In this document: positions 39,703-50,600 of the stretch, in pieces
Layout: every line of letters starts with the position of its first letter
Numbering within the stretch: the stretch's first letter is position 1
Origin: Bacteroidota bacterium
Lineage (GTDB): Bacteria; Bacteroidota; Rhodothermia; Rhodothermales; UBA10348
Length of the DNA stretch: 64,000 bases
Direction: 5' to 3'
Assembly (NCBI GenBank): GCA_022567305.1
Contig: JADFHF010000010.1
Span: 15,830 to 79,829 of the forward strand
Notes under the pieces: generated by a model
Seen by the model: the letters and a program-made list of their open reading frames with translations, nothing else
Told to the model about the DNA's origin: nothing
Databases searched by the model: none
Made by a program: the position numbers and the translations under genes

Positions 39703-41496
39703 ATGCTTAGAAAGAATATCATTCCAGACTTTGTAAGAGTTTCTCTCCGCAGGATAGTTCCGCTTCTCGCCATTTTGTTGTTCGGATCGTTTTATCCGAA
39801 TCGATATCTGCAGAATTATTTTCGCTCTCCTCTTGGCATTCCGCTCAGTTTAGCTGGAAGTTTCGCCGAAATGCGCTCCAACCACCTCCACTCCGGCCTG
39901 GATATCAAAACGAACGGTCGTTCCGGCTACCGGATTTATGCATCGGCCGATGGATGGGTATCACGTATATCGGTGTCTCCGGGTGGCTTCGGTAACGCGA
40001 TCTACGTGACGCACCCGAACGGTTTTATGACCGTCTATGCCCACCTGGATCGGTTTAGCAAACCGTTTTCAGCTTACATAACAGACTTACAATACTCACG
40101 AGAGTCATTTGCCGTCGATGCATTCCCGACAGAGGGTCGCTTCCCGGTCATGAAAGGAGATGTGATTGCATTTTCGGGAAACTCGGGTAGTTCATCGGGG
40201 CCTCACCTTCATTTTGAAGTCCGTGACGTAGCCACTGGATGGCCGGAGAATCCCTTATTGTTTGGTTTGGACGTCCGGGATACTAGAGCACCCCGAATTC
40301 GTCGAATTAAACTCTATACCATGAGTGAAGGCAGTCGACTACGTATCCACGACACACGTACCGGAGGATGGAGAACGGTCCGAGGAAATGAGTCCGTCCT
40401 GCTCGACGTCGTTCGCAAGAATGGATCCTTTCAGTTTTCCCGAGCAGATCGTATTGAAGCTGCCGGCGAGATTGGCTTCGGAATCCAGACATACGACTTT
40501 CATGATGATTCCCCCAACCGGCTGGGCACATACAGGATTGACCTGGAAAGTGGTGGTTCTCCGATTTTTACGTCCGAAATGGATCGCTTTTCATTTAGCC
40601 TGACGCGTCATATTAACGCCCATGTTGACTACGCCGAATATGTCAGGAATAAGCGATGGATTCAGAGAAGCCATGTTTTACCCGGCAATCAGTTGCCGAT
40701 TTATAACACGGTACGGCGCGGCATATTGCATGTCGTACAAGACAGCACGTATGATATTCAGTACCGCATTTCTGATGCGTACGGTAACGAAGCTGTACTT
40801 CCGTTTCAGATATACGGCGAGCTCGAGGTTGATTCGTCGACCATACTCCCGAGACAGAAAACAGCCGGAATGACGGCTTACTATAATCGGCCGTTCACCT
40901 TTGAAAGGCCAGGAATCGTAGTCAGACTTTCATCGAAAACCCTCTACGAGGATACTGAGCTTCTTTATGCCCGGCGTAGCTCCGGCCCGAATAATCGATT
41001 TGCTCCTGTTCACCGGGTCCATGACGAAGCGACACCGGTTCAGGAGCCCTATTCGATCAGGCTAGACGGCCGAGATATCCCGGAGCACCTACGCAGTAAG
41101 GCCACTTTAGCTCGCGTTAACCGCCAGGGCAGAATGTCCTATGCGGGTGGGTCCTTTCGAGATGGCTGGGTTACATCGAGCGTACGGAGCTTTGGTGATT
41201 ATACCATTACGGCAGATACGCTCGCACCGTCGATTCGCCCGATAAATATTTCGCCGGGCAAGAATATGCGTCGTTCCAGTAACATCCGAATCCGCATCAA
41301 AGACAATTTCTCAGGTATTAAACGCTATCGAGGAACGATCGACGGCGAGTGGGCCCTATTTGCGCTGGATGGGAAATCGGGGGTATTGCGCTACACATTC
41401 GACGATCGGATTCAACCAGGTACCCACGAACTTCGTTTGGAAGTTGAAGACCAACTTGGAAACGAAAGCGTGTACGAAACTACGTTCAAGCGCTGA
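39703..41496 (+). CDS. M23-family metallopeptidase (Bacteroidota long type)
   Basis: FAEMRSNHLHSGLD (HxxxD), YAHL, SGNSGSSSGPHLHFE (HxH). Confidence 0.92.
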   Translation: MLRKNIIPDFVRVSLRRIVPLLAILLFGSFYPNRYLQNYFRSPLGIPLSLAGSFAEMRSNHLHSGLDIKTNGRSGYRIYASADGWVSRISVSPGGFGNAIYVTHPNGFMTVYAHLDRFSKPFSAYITDLQYSRESFAVDAFPTEGRFPVMKGDVIAFSGNSGSSSGPHLHFEVRDVATGWPENPLLFGLDVRDTRAPRIRRIKLYTMSEGSRLRIHDTRTGGWRTVRGNESVLLDVVRKNGSFQFSRADRIEAAGEIGFGIQTYDFHDDSPNRLGTYRIDLESGGSPIFTSEMDRFSFSLTRHINAHVDYAEYVRNKRWIQRSHVLPGNQLPIYNTVRRGILHVVQDSTYDIQYRISDAYGNEAVLPFQIYGELEVDSSTILPRQKTAGMTAYYNRPFTFERPGIVVRLSSKTLYEDTELLYARRSSGPNNRFAPVHRVHDEATPVQEPYSIRLDGRDIPEHLRSKATLARVNRQGRMSYAGGSFRDGWVTSSVRSFGDYTITADTLAPSIRPINISPGKNMRRSSNIRIRIKDNFSGIKRYRGTIDGEWALFALDGKSGVLRYTFDDRIQPGTHELRLEVEDQLGNESVYETTFKR

Positions 41497-41504
41497 CGCT
41501 ATCC

Positions 41505-42806
41505 CTATTTTGATTCATCCAGAATGGATCGAAGCGCACTCTGCGTAGCAGGTATGTCCACAACTGCGGTTGTCATGTCCTTGAGGCTACTCAGTTTCGC
41601 TGACGCCGCAGGGTTTCGACCCGTCGCCATCTGCACGGTATCCGAAAATTTTGCAGGGTGTGCCGTTGAAAGTGCCACAACGGGCCCGTTGAGTCTCTGC
41701 TCTTTCCTCATCCGCTGGATTCCTTCCAAAGCAACAGCTGTATGTGGATCGGCGAGGTAACCCGTTTCATCCGAAACACGTTTTATGGTCTCGGTTGTTT
41801 CGCGATCCGAGATTGAGATCCCGGTGAACAGCCGGCGCAATTCCTCCGGTGAGAACAGGGACGTAAGACGTTCCAGGTTTGATGGTGCGCCGACATCCAT
41901 GGCACTGGAGAGCGTGCGTACGGACTCCCTCCTCGGAGTAGCGTCATCAATCAGGAATTCTGGAAAAAACGAATTAGCATTGTGGGCTGCGATAATCCTA
42001 TTCACGACGAGGCCAGACCGTACCGCTAGGGCACCACCTGTGATGTTGCCTAAATTTCCGCTTGGAACACAAAAGGATGGCCGATCATCAAGCATTTGTG
42101 TCGCCCATGCGTAATAGACAGATTGCGGAAGGAGGCGTCCGATGTTCATTGAATTGCCAGACGACAGACTCATCGGGGATGCACTGCCGGCTTCAAATGC
42201 GGATTTTACAAGCTGTTGACAATCGTCGAACGATCCGTCTACCCTACAGGCTGTAACACCCGTTCGCTTCACGGTTAGCTGCCTTTCTTGAATCGAACTG
42301 ACCTGGTCCTTCGGATACAGCAAAATTACGCCAATCCCTTTTAGACCAGAAAAGGCATCTGCTACAGCGCTGCCCGTGTCGCCGGACGTCGCTACGAGGA
42401 TGGTAATCCTTCGCCCGTCTGATTCTATCAAGCTGCCCATAGCTCGAGCCATAAAGCGAGCGCCAAAGTCCTTAAAGGAGAGCGTGGGACCATGAAAGAG
42501 TTCCAGGACATAACAATCGGACCAGTTCCTGCCCGAAAGCGGAATCAAACGTATGTCGAAATCGAAAGCGTCTTTACAAATGTCAGCCAGGGATTCCCGC
42601 CCAATATCATCCGTGATCCAACGCGACAGAATGTCCGCTGCAAACAAGGGGTAGTCCGACGACCGAATGGTCGAATATGGAATCTGAGGGTATCCAGAGG
42701 GAAGATAAAGGCCCCCGTCCGGTGCGATTCCAGCGATCAAGGCTGTTTTGAAGTCAACGGGAGGTGACTTGCGCCTCGTACTCACGAACTGGATCACTTC
42801 ACTCAT
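41505..42806 (-). CDS. thrC: Threonine synthase
   Basis: APDGGLY, LELFHGPTLSFKDFG (PLP Lys), ATSGDTG, PSGNLGN, STAHPAKF. Confidence 0.96.
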   Translation of the reverse strand: MSEVIQFVSTRRKSPPVDFKTALIAGIAPDGGLYLPSGYPQIPYSTIRSSDYPLFAADILSRWITDDIGRESLADICKDAFDFDIRLIPLSGRNWSDCYVLELFHGPTLSFKDFGARFMARAMGSLIESDGRRITILVATSGDTGSAVADAFSGLKGIGVILLYPKDQVSSIQERQLTVKRTGVTACRVDGSFDDCQQLVKSAFEAGSASPMSLSSGNSMNIGRLLPQSVYYAWATQMLDDRPSFCVPSGNLGNITGGALAVRSGLVVNRIIAAHNANSFFPEFLIDDATPRRESVRTLSSAMDVGAPSNLERLTSLFSPEELRRLFTGISISDRETTETIKRVSDETGYLADPHTAVALEGIQRMRKEQRLNGPVVALSTAHPAKFSDTVQMATGRNPAASAKLSSLKDMTTAVVDIPATQSALRSILDESK

Positions 42807-43774
42807 TCCCCGAATCGTCTCGCCCCGAGTTCATCAATCCCCGAAACTTCCCCAGTCGCGGAGATATCGTGTGAATGGGTCGCCTCAATCATCGCCGCCA
42901 CAATTTTTTCCGCTGAATGATATGACTCCGCGAGGGCGAACATGGCCGGTCCGGAACCAGATAGGGCACAGCCAAAAGCACCGAGCTCCATTGCCGCCAT
43001 ACGAACGTCCTCGTAAGCAGAAAGAATCTGGGCACGTACGGGCTCTACAATTCGATCGTTCATCATCAGTTGGCCGACCGTTATCCAATCAGATTCTGCC
43101 AAGGCAGCCACCATTACAGCAAGAAAGGACGCATTCGAAATGGCGTCTTCCATGGGAACGTTCTTCGGGAGCCTATTTCGTGCCTCCTTCGACAACACCT
43201 CCATGGCAGGAAGGCATAGTGAAAGAAAAGGCGCCGTCGTAGGAATCAGTCTTTTGAATATGGTAGGATCTGTCGACGATGAAATGACCACGCCGCCGTA
43301 CAGGGATGGCAACACATTGTCACCATGCAACGAGCCCGACGCCACCTTCTCTCCGGCGAGTACGGCCGAAACAAGATCGTCTTTCTCGAGACTACGGTCG
43401 AATAATAGATTCACGGCCCAAGCGGCGGCGGCGGCGCTGGCAGCTGAACTTCCAATCCCTGAACCAGGCACGGCGCCTTTGCAAATGGTCAGATCCACGC
43501 CTTTTTTATCGTCCAGAAGAGCGAGTACGTGCTTGGCGGCCACGCCAGCCGTATTTCGCTCCCAGTCCGTTGGACCTTCCCACGCGCTGTCGGCATGATA
43601 GCTGATCCCGACCTCACCCGAATCATTGAGGCGTGCTTCGACCGAGTCGCCCCAGGGTTCAATGGCTATGCCCAGACAGTCAAAACCGGGTCCTAGATTA
43701 GAAAGAGATGCCGGTGCCCACGCGCGTGCATGCGCTGAATGCGGGGAATTACTTTCGTGACCTTTCGGGGTCAA
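42803..43774 (-). CDS. thrB: Homoserine kinase
   Basis: PASLSNLGPGFDCLG, GHMP motif PGSGIGSSAAS, HGDNV, LSGSGP. Confidence 0.95.
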   Translation of the reverse strand: MTPKGHESNSPHSAHARAWAPASLSNLGPGFDCLGIAIEPWGDSVEARLNDSGEVGISYHADSAWEGPTDWERNTAGVAAKHVLALLDDKKGVDLTICKGAVPGSGIGSSAASAAAAAWAVNLLFDRSLEKDDLVSAVLAGEKVASGSLHGDNVLPSLYGGVVISSSTDPTIFKRLIPTTAPFLSLCLPAMEVLSKEARNRLPKNVPMEDAISNASFLAVMVAALAESDWITVGQLMMNDRIVEPVRAQILSAYEDVRMAAMELGAFGCALSGSGPAMFALAESYHSAEKIVAAMIEATHSHDISATGEVSGIDELGARRFGE

Positions 43775-44805
43775 TCGCGCTCGCCTCTGAGAAACTGTTT
43801 TGCTGTGTCAACCATGCGCTCACTTCCAATATACAGCGGTGTCCTCTGGTGCAGTTTCTCTGGCTCGAGGTCAAGAATACGCGTATGACCGTCCGAAGCG
43901 GCTCCACCTGCCTGTTCCACAATGAATGCCATCGGATTTGCTTCATACATCAGGCGAAGCTTGCCTGATGGGTTCTTGGTCGTGGACGGATACATGTACA
44001 GACCACCCTTGAGGAGATTGCGATGAAAGTCTGCAACAAACGATCCAATGTATCTAGTACTCAACGGAAGTCCTTCTTCAGGAGACTCTTTCTGCATCCA
44101 CTTAATGTATTGCTTTAATCCCCGTTCGAATGAATTATAGTTTCCTTCGTTTATCGAGTACATCGTTCCGTCGTCGGGGATGCGAATATCGGGGTGTGAC
44201 AACAAAAATTCCCCAATGGACGGATCCAATGTAAAGCCATTGACCCCGTTCCCCGTCGTATAGACCAGGATGGTCGACGAACCGTAAACCACATAACCTG
44301 CGCCAACCTGCTCGGCTCCTTTCTGAAGTGCTGCTTCGACGGTGGGAGTTCCGAATCCTTCGGGAAGCCGATAAATACTGAATATTGTGCCGACAGACAC
44401 GTTCACCTCAATGTTAGATGATCCATCAAGCGGATCCAGAAGAACGATATAGTCTCCACCGTCATTTCCATTCGCGCGCAATGGAATCGCTTCTGCATGC
44501 TCTTCGGATCCAATGAGGCAACACTCGCCTCCTCGCTTGAGCGTTCGTACAAATTCCTTGTGGGCAAGCGCATCCATGACCTGTTGCACTTCGCCCTGAA
44601 CATTTATTTCACCTGTATCTCCGAATATATCCAGGATCCCGCCGCGTCGCATATGCCAATTAACGATTTTGGCAGCCACACTGAGGTCACGAATCAGTCG
44701 GGAGAAAGCTCCGGTTGAATGTTCTTGCTGCTCCTGGCGCTCAATAATGAACTGTTCGAGGGTTTTGAACGCCCCTATCTCTTCGACTCGGGTCCCAGTT
44801 TGCAT
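43771..44805 (-). CDS. fbp: Class 1 fructose-1,6-bisphosphatase
   Basis: NVQGEVQ, DPLDGSSNI, YSINEGN, RYIGSFVAD, GKLRLMYEANP. Confidence 0.97.
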   Translation of the reverse strand: MQTGTRVEEIGAFKTLEQFIIERQEQQEHSTGAFSRLIRDLSVAAKIVNWHMRRGGILDIFGDTGEINVQGEVQQVMDALAHKEFVRTLKRGGECCLIGSEEHAEAIPLRANGNDGGDYIVLLDPLDGSSNIEVNVSVGTIFSIYRLPEGFGTPTVEAALQKGAEQVGAGYVVYGSSTILVYTTGNGVNGFTLDPSIGEFLLSHPDIRIPDDGTMYSINEGNYNSFERGLKQYIKWMQKESPEEGLPLSTRYIGSFVADFHRNLLKGGLYMYPSTTKNPSGKLRLMYEANPMAFIVEQAGGAASDGHTRILDLEPEKLHQRTPLYIGSERMVDTAKQFLRGERD

Positions 44806-45017
44806 AGTCAGAAATCCATCCGCCAGGTGAGTGGCTCTAGTAGAAGGGGAAAAGCGCCGTATTACTCGATACAGTACGATTTCGACCTATCCACACAAAT
44901 AATGTACCGGGGTACGAAGGTGAAACTTAAAAGTACAGACCCGCCCTGCTTCATCCAACCAGGAAGATCGAGAGGACTCGAGACCCAAGAAGCTCTTTAA
45001 TCAACGAGAGCTATATC

Positions 45018-46205
45018 CTACGCAACGATACCCGCGCTGACCCGCGAAACTACCGTGCAGATTCGCTTCGAAGCCTGGACGATTTCGTCCTCATTCGTTT
45101 CTCGCCCGAGCGAAAACCGAATGGCTCCTTTCGCAAGAGAAGAAGAAATCCCCATGGCGGAAAGTACGTGACTGGGCTCCAAGGCTCCGCTCGTGCATGC
45201 GGATCCGCTTGACACATAAACCCCTTCGAGATCCAATCCGAGAATGAGCATTTCACCGTCGACGCCGCAACCGTCTTGATCAAGTACCAGGACGTGGAGT
45301 ATGTGCGGCGCTGATTCGTTTGGCGTAGTAACACGAATCCCGTCGCCAAGCGAATCCTCCAGCAGACTCCTGAGTAGATCCCTCAGTCCTCGAACCCTCC
45401 GAGCATTTTCGACGTGTTCAGCTTGAGAAATCTCAAGTGCTTTCGAGAAACCGACGATGGCAGGTACATTTTCAGTTCCCGGTCGCCGTTTTCGCTCCTG
45501 AGAACCGCCATGTAGAATGGGATCGATGGGTAATCCTGATCGCGCATATAAAACTCCGATTCCCTTTGGCCCGCCCATCTTGTGGCCGGACAGAGTCATA
45601 AAATCCACCTGGGCCGCCAGCTCTTTCAAATCATAATACGGCCCGGCTTGGACGGCATCGGTATGTATTACACCTCCAGATTCGTGAACGGCGCGAGAGA
45701 TTTCCGAGATCTGATTGAACGCCCCTGTTTCGTTGTTCACGAGCATCACAGAGACGAACGGCTTCTCTGCACCTAGATGCCTCTTTATTGAATCCGCGTC
45801 CACTCCGCCTTGTCCATCAGGGTCAACGATCGTGACATCTACTCCTTGTTCCTTCAGATAAATTGCAGTCTGGCGAACGGCCTCGTGTTCTGATTCCGAT
45901 GTGATCAGTCCAGAATACCCACCGCTACCAGAAACCGACATGAGCGCCATATTGTCGGCCTCAGTTCCACCACTCGTGAAAATCACCTCTCCTGGATCAG
46001 TGCCCAAACATGCCGCGACCCGTTCTCTTGCATCCTCAACGGCATGTCGGGCCTTCCGTCCGGGTCCGTGAAGGGAGGACGGGTTTCCGTAATACTCAGA
46101 GACGAATGGCGTGATCGCATCCAAAACCCTGGGATCAGGGGGCGCAGTAGCTGCGTAGTCGAGGTAGATAGAGCCTATCTTCTTCACGGGTATACGGGAA
46201 ATCAA
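45018..46205 (-). CDS. Group I cysteine desulfurase (IscS/NifS type)
   Basis: YLDYAAT, GNPSS, FTSGGTEADN, HTDAVQ, SGHKMGGPKG, SSGSACTS; start uncertain. Confidence 0.94.
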   Translation of the reverse strand: MISRIPVKKIGSIYLDYAATAPPDPRVLDAITPFVSEYYGNPSSLHGPGRKARHAVEDARERVAACLGTDPGEVIFTSGGTEADNMALMSVSGSGGYSGLITSESEHEAVRQTAIYLKEQGVDVTIVDPDGQGGVDADSIKRHLGAEKPFVSVMLVNNETGAFNQISEISRAVHESGGVIHTDAVQAGPYYDLKELAAQVDFMTLSGHKMGGPKGIGVLYARSGLPIDPILHGGSQERKRRPGTENVPAIVGFSKALEISQAEHVENARRVRGLRDLLRSLLEDSLGDGIRVTTPNESAPHILHVLVLDQDGCGVDGEMLILGLDLEGVYVSSGSACTSGALEPSHVLSAMGISSSLAKGAIRFSLGRETNEDEIVQASKRICTVVSRVSAGIVA

Positions 46206-46350
46206 TCAAGCGTCCATCGAAACGCTGGAACGACGGTCCTGATCCTGTTATCCATACCCTTTGCAGTCGAACGACTGAATTAGGTATCGTCCTTTCTGAA
46301 TGGTCCATGCAAGATCTGTCAGTCTTACATCTCAAGAGCAACGTTTCAAC

Positions 46351-47649
46351 ATGGATCGGCTAGTCATAGAAGGAGGGCGACCACTCACCGGCGTCGCGAC
46401 GATCAGCGGTTCGAAAAATACGGCTCTCCCGCTCATGGCGGCCGCTCTTCTGGCTGACGGGGTTGTTTCTCTAGAGAACATCCCTGCGCTACGAGACATC
46501 AATACGTTTTCTCGCGTAATCGCCGTCACGGGTACCACGGTTGATTATCAGCTCGAGAAACGAATCGTCACGATTGACCCTTCTAATCTAAATCGGCCGG
46601 AGGCGCCCTATGAACTGGTAAAGAGGATGCGCGCCTCGTTCTATATGCTGGGGGCTCTCCTCGGGCGTGAGGGCCGCGCGCGAGTCTCGCTGCCTGGCGG
46701 ATGTGCCTGGGGTCCCAGGCCGGTCGACCTCCACCTGAAGGGAATTGAAGCCCTGGGCGCCGAGATTGCGCTTGAACAAGGATATGTTGTGGCCAGCGCA
46801 CCAGGCGGACGGTTGCCAGGAGGTACGTTCGAATTGAATCCGTCCAGCGTTGGTGCAACCATCAATTTTCTCCTCGCCGCTTCCGGTGCTCGTGGATCTT
46901 CCTGCCTGAAGAATGCAGCTACCGAACCGGATGTTGAGGTCTTCTGTCAAATGCTGACCGCCATGGGTGCCCGGCTGTCCGGAGTAGGTACACGAACGAT
47001 TGAAATAGAGGGCGTAGACCAACTGCACGCAACAACATTTTCCAACTGCCCGGATCGAATCGAACTCGGCACATTTATGATTGCCGGTGCAATCTGCGGC
47101 GCGCCTGGATCTGCGATCCGTTTCGAAAATGCAGACCCGACTCATTTAGGTGAGTGCTTCATCGATGTGTTAAGACAAACAGGAACGGAACTCACGCTTG
47201 GAGAACATTTCGTCGAGGTTACGGCGCCGGAAAAACTGAGACCCGTAAGTATTGAGACCGGTATTTATCCCGGATTCCCGACAGATTTGCAGGCACAGTG
47301 GACGGTTCTGCTCGCGTGCACGGACGGAAATGCCAAGGTTAACGAGACCATTTACTACGATCGATTCAAGCATATTCCAGAACTCCGTCGAATGGGCATC
47401 AACGCGATCATTGTTGGAAGCGAGGTAGTCGTAGAGGGCGGGAAACCTATACAGGGAGCCCAGGTGATGAGCACGGACCTGAGAGCCAGCGTTTCCCTTG
47501 TCCTCGCTGGTTTGGTTGCCGAAGGACAGACCACTGTTCTGCGTGTTTATCATCTCGACCGAGGATATGAAAACCTTGAGGGTAAACTCTCCGCCCTCGG
47601 GGCAGCAATCCGAAGAGAAAAATATGACGAGTGGGCTGATCCGGCGTGA
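46351..47649 (+). CDS. murA: UDP-N-acetylglucosamine 1-carboxyvinyltransferase
   Basis: SGSKN, MRAS, LPGGCAWGPRPVDLH (active-site Cys), PGFPTDLQ, TDLRAS, HLDRGYE. Confidence 0.97.
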   Translation: MDRLVIEGGRPLTGVATISGSKNTALPLMAAALLADGVVSLENIPALRDINTFSRVIAVTGTTVDYQLEKRIVTIDPSNLNRPEAPYELVKRMRASFYMLGALLGREGRARVSLPGGCAWGPRPVDLHLKGIEALGAEIALEQGYVVASAPGGRLPGGTFELNPSSVGATINFLLAASGARGSSCLKNAATEPDVEVFCQMLTAMGARLSGVGTRTIEIEGVDQLHATTFSNCPDRIELGTFMIAGAICGAPGSAIRFENADPTHLGECFIDVLRQTGTELTLGEHFVEVTAPEKLRPVSIETGIYPGFPTDLQAQWTVLLACTDGNAKVNETIYYDRFKHIPELRRMGINAIIVGSEVVVEGGKPIQGAQVMSTDLRASVSLVLAGLVAEGQTTVLRVYHLDRGYENLEGKLSALGAAIRREKYDEWADPA

Positions 47650-47660
47650 TCAATACATCG

Positions 47661-50600
47661 CTAGAATCGAGCGCTCAGTTCAAAGCGCGCTGTGTGGATT
47701 ACCTTGCGATCTTCGGGCGCGCGTCCATCATAAGAGATCGTGGCTGTGAGAACGTCGCTGAGATAACTCTGCAGGCTCAGTCGCCAGAGATACGATGTCC
47801 CGGCTCCTCTCCCATCCGTAAGTTCAAAGGCCGTCCGGCCTGCATACTGGCCTCTGAGGTCAACAGACGCTACCTCAAAACGAGCAGCTAGATCAAATTT
47901 TCGCTCCAGCCGGTAACGAGCGTCGATTGGAATACGAACTGTTTTCGCCCTTCCCCCGAGGTTTTGTTCATCTTTCTGACTGATTACAGTTGCCACTGTC
48001 ACAAGAAGGGGTCGAGATGCGTTCCACGTAACGGAAGGCGAAAATCCTGTTGTTACGATGTCATAGTTTCTCGATACAAATGATTCGCTTTTCTGGGCTT
48101 CATTGGAGCGCTCAATCGTCGCTCTCAGACTCCATCTCGGGTGAAAGGTGAGTCGCCCGAATACACGAACGAGATCCGATTGCCTCCGTTCTTCGCCTGC
48201 CGATAATTCGGACAGGCTCCGGGCCGATTGCAAACTCAGATTTAAATCCACCGACCGACTGTTTCTAAAAAAGGAGAACTCTTGTCGGATGCGAAGTCGC
48301 CCGTTCAACGTGTACTCTGAAGATCGAAAAGATCCCAACCGGAGTAGATACACGTCGTTTGGGTCAGGTGTCCTGCTCCGTTCCTCTAGATCGACGACGG
48401 TACTGGATTTCACACCCTTCAAAAATGTCTGCAACGCCGATGCGCCGGATTGGAATAGAGATCCCGGTGAAATTTCCAGGCGAATACGGCCACGAACACC
48501 GGTCGTGGCCTCCAGTGAATCGGATGGAATAAACGTACGAACATAGACTCCTTCGTTTGGAGTCGTTTCCGGAACAAATTCCTCCAGCTGAATGACACCA
48601 TCCTCATTCTCATCCAACCAAACGAATTCTCCCCGCTCCTGTCCTGTGCGGATATAGATTTCTTGCATCGTTGCCGAGCGCTCTGTCTGCGCCTGATAGA
48701 GCCACGTCAGGCTCAATCCGGAGCTCTGCGCTCGCCATTTCCCGTTCCATCTTAGCACGAATGAGTTTTTACTCTGAACCTCGAACGATCCTCCCGGCAA
48801 CGGATTGGAATCCGAGTGGCGAATTCCGACGTGAACGTCTGAGTGGAGTAATCGGCTCGGGTCCAGAGAAAGATTCGACGAGAGCGTCCAGGCATCTACG
48901 GGTCGCCAGGCACCCGAAATATAATAATCAGCCGTGCGTCGTTCGACTTCCATTCGGACGGCATATCCGGCCTGATTCCAACTGACGCCGATTCGCGTTT
49001 CAAGAAACCTCGTTGACGGTGCCACCAGGCTGTCTGTCAATTCACTTCTCTGTTTAAGGTTTTCATGCTCGAACTCCACGAAGGGAATGAGTGAGTTGTT
49101 CATGAACCCTCTGGACAGGCGACCTTGCTGTCTAAACCAGTTCCCGCGTTCAAATACCAGGAAGTTTTCACTGGAAATCGATTCGACGCGATAGTCAAGC
49201 CGTGGCAATTGCCCTTCAGACATCCGAATGCGTCCATCCCATCGTTTCCCCTCAAACGACGACCCTAGAACAAGCGCACCGTAGCCCGTTTCAACGAACG
49301 AAGAGTCCGACCACGAATATCGTGTCGAAAACTCATCCAATCGTTCATCACCTGCGCCTAGTATACCTCCAGTGGCGTCAACTTCCAGGTTCTGAATGTT
49401 CCACTGACGCGCAAATTCTATCGGTCTAATGCGCTCAAAGGATGAAAACCAGGCGTCCCGGAATCGCCTTGTATATGCGGCGGAGAACACACCCAGCGTT
49501 TGACTCCCTAGACGAAGCCGGGTTGGATGCACCGTTACACCAAAATGATAGGCGCTGCCTGCGTCGTCGGCGGCGTCGGCGCCCGAGAGTCTGTTCAGAT
49601 CGTTAATCGACGATGCCCATTCCCCCAAAAGGCTCAGGATGGGTGATGGATTGAGTGTAGCGCGAACGTCGAACACCTGCTTCAGAGTCGGTTTCGGGAG
49701 CAGCCGGACAGGCTCATACTCTCCATTACCCGCACCCACATGTCGATACGCAATCCCATTTGAAACCAATCCTGTGCGTTCGTAGCTCCCTTTACCAACT
49801 CCTAACCTGGAGAAGGATACCCGAAATACCTGTACCGAATCGGCGGGAGCGGTCGTGATCACGACAAAAATGGGTGCCTCGCCGTTGAGCGGATCGATGA
49901 AGACATCTACGACATACTGAGTGAAAAGCGCCTCTGGATCATACACGACCCGAACCGCCCCGCTACTGAACGCATCGGTATCCCCCGACAGGACAATGGA
50001 AAGTGAATCGGCAGGAGTCAATCCGAACTCTTGGCCGAACTGATCTCCATCCGCCTCTCTGACGATGCTTCCCCCTATCGAAAAAAGAGGATTCCCGTTT
50101 GAAATACGTCCGAATCCGGTATCGAAATCTGCCGCCAGAAGTGTTCTCGTGAATTGCTGTGTGGAATACTGAAATTCGACTGAGATTCGACGATCAGATG
50201 TCACGATTCGAGTCGGGGAAAACGTCAGTTCTCCCGTTGCATAGTCCACTACATAGTCGTTTAGCTCTCCGCGGTCGAGTCGATTTCCATCGAGGTAAAC
50301 AACTTCTGACCCGGGTATGACGATGATAAAACGTTCACCGTTATTGCCCTCGAGGCGGTACGGACCCTGCACACCGTCTATGGGTTGAATTTCCTGGACT
50401 CTGAAAATCCCTCGGGACGTTGCGCCGGCTATTGAGAACGAGCCGCCTCGAAAGAGGCCTTCCGACTTAGGCGCGATCTTTCCAAAGGCGGTGACACCCT
50501 GGAGTTTGCGCCTGAGCTGGGCGTACTCTCCTCCGCTGATCCGGCTGTCAAAATCTCCCAGTTGAACAGAACCGGACGACGTTCGGAGTTCGATAAAGAC

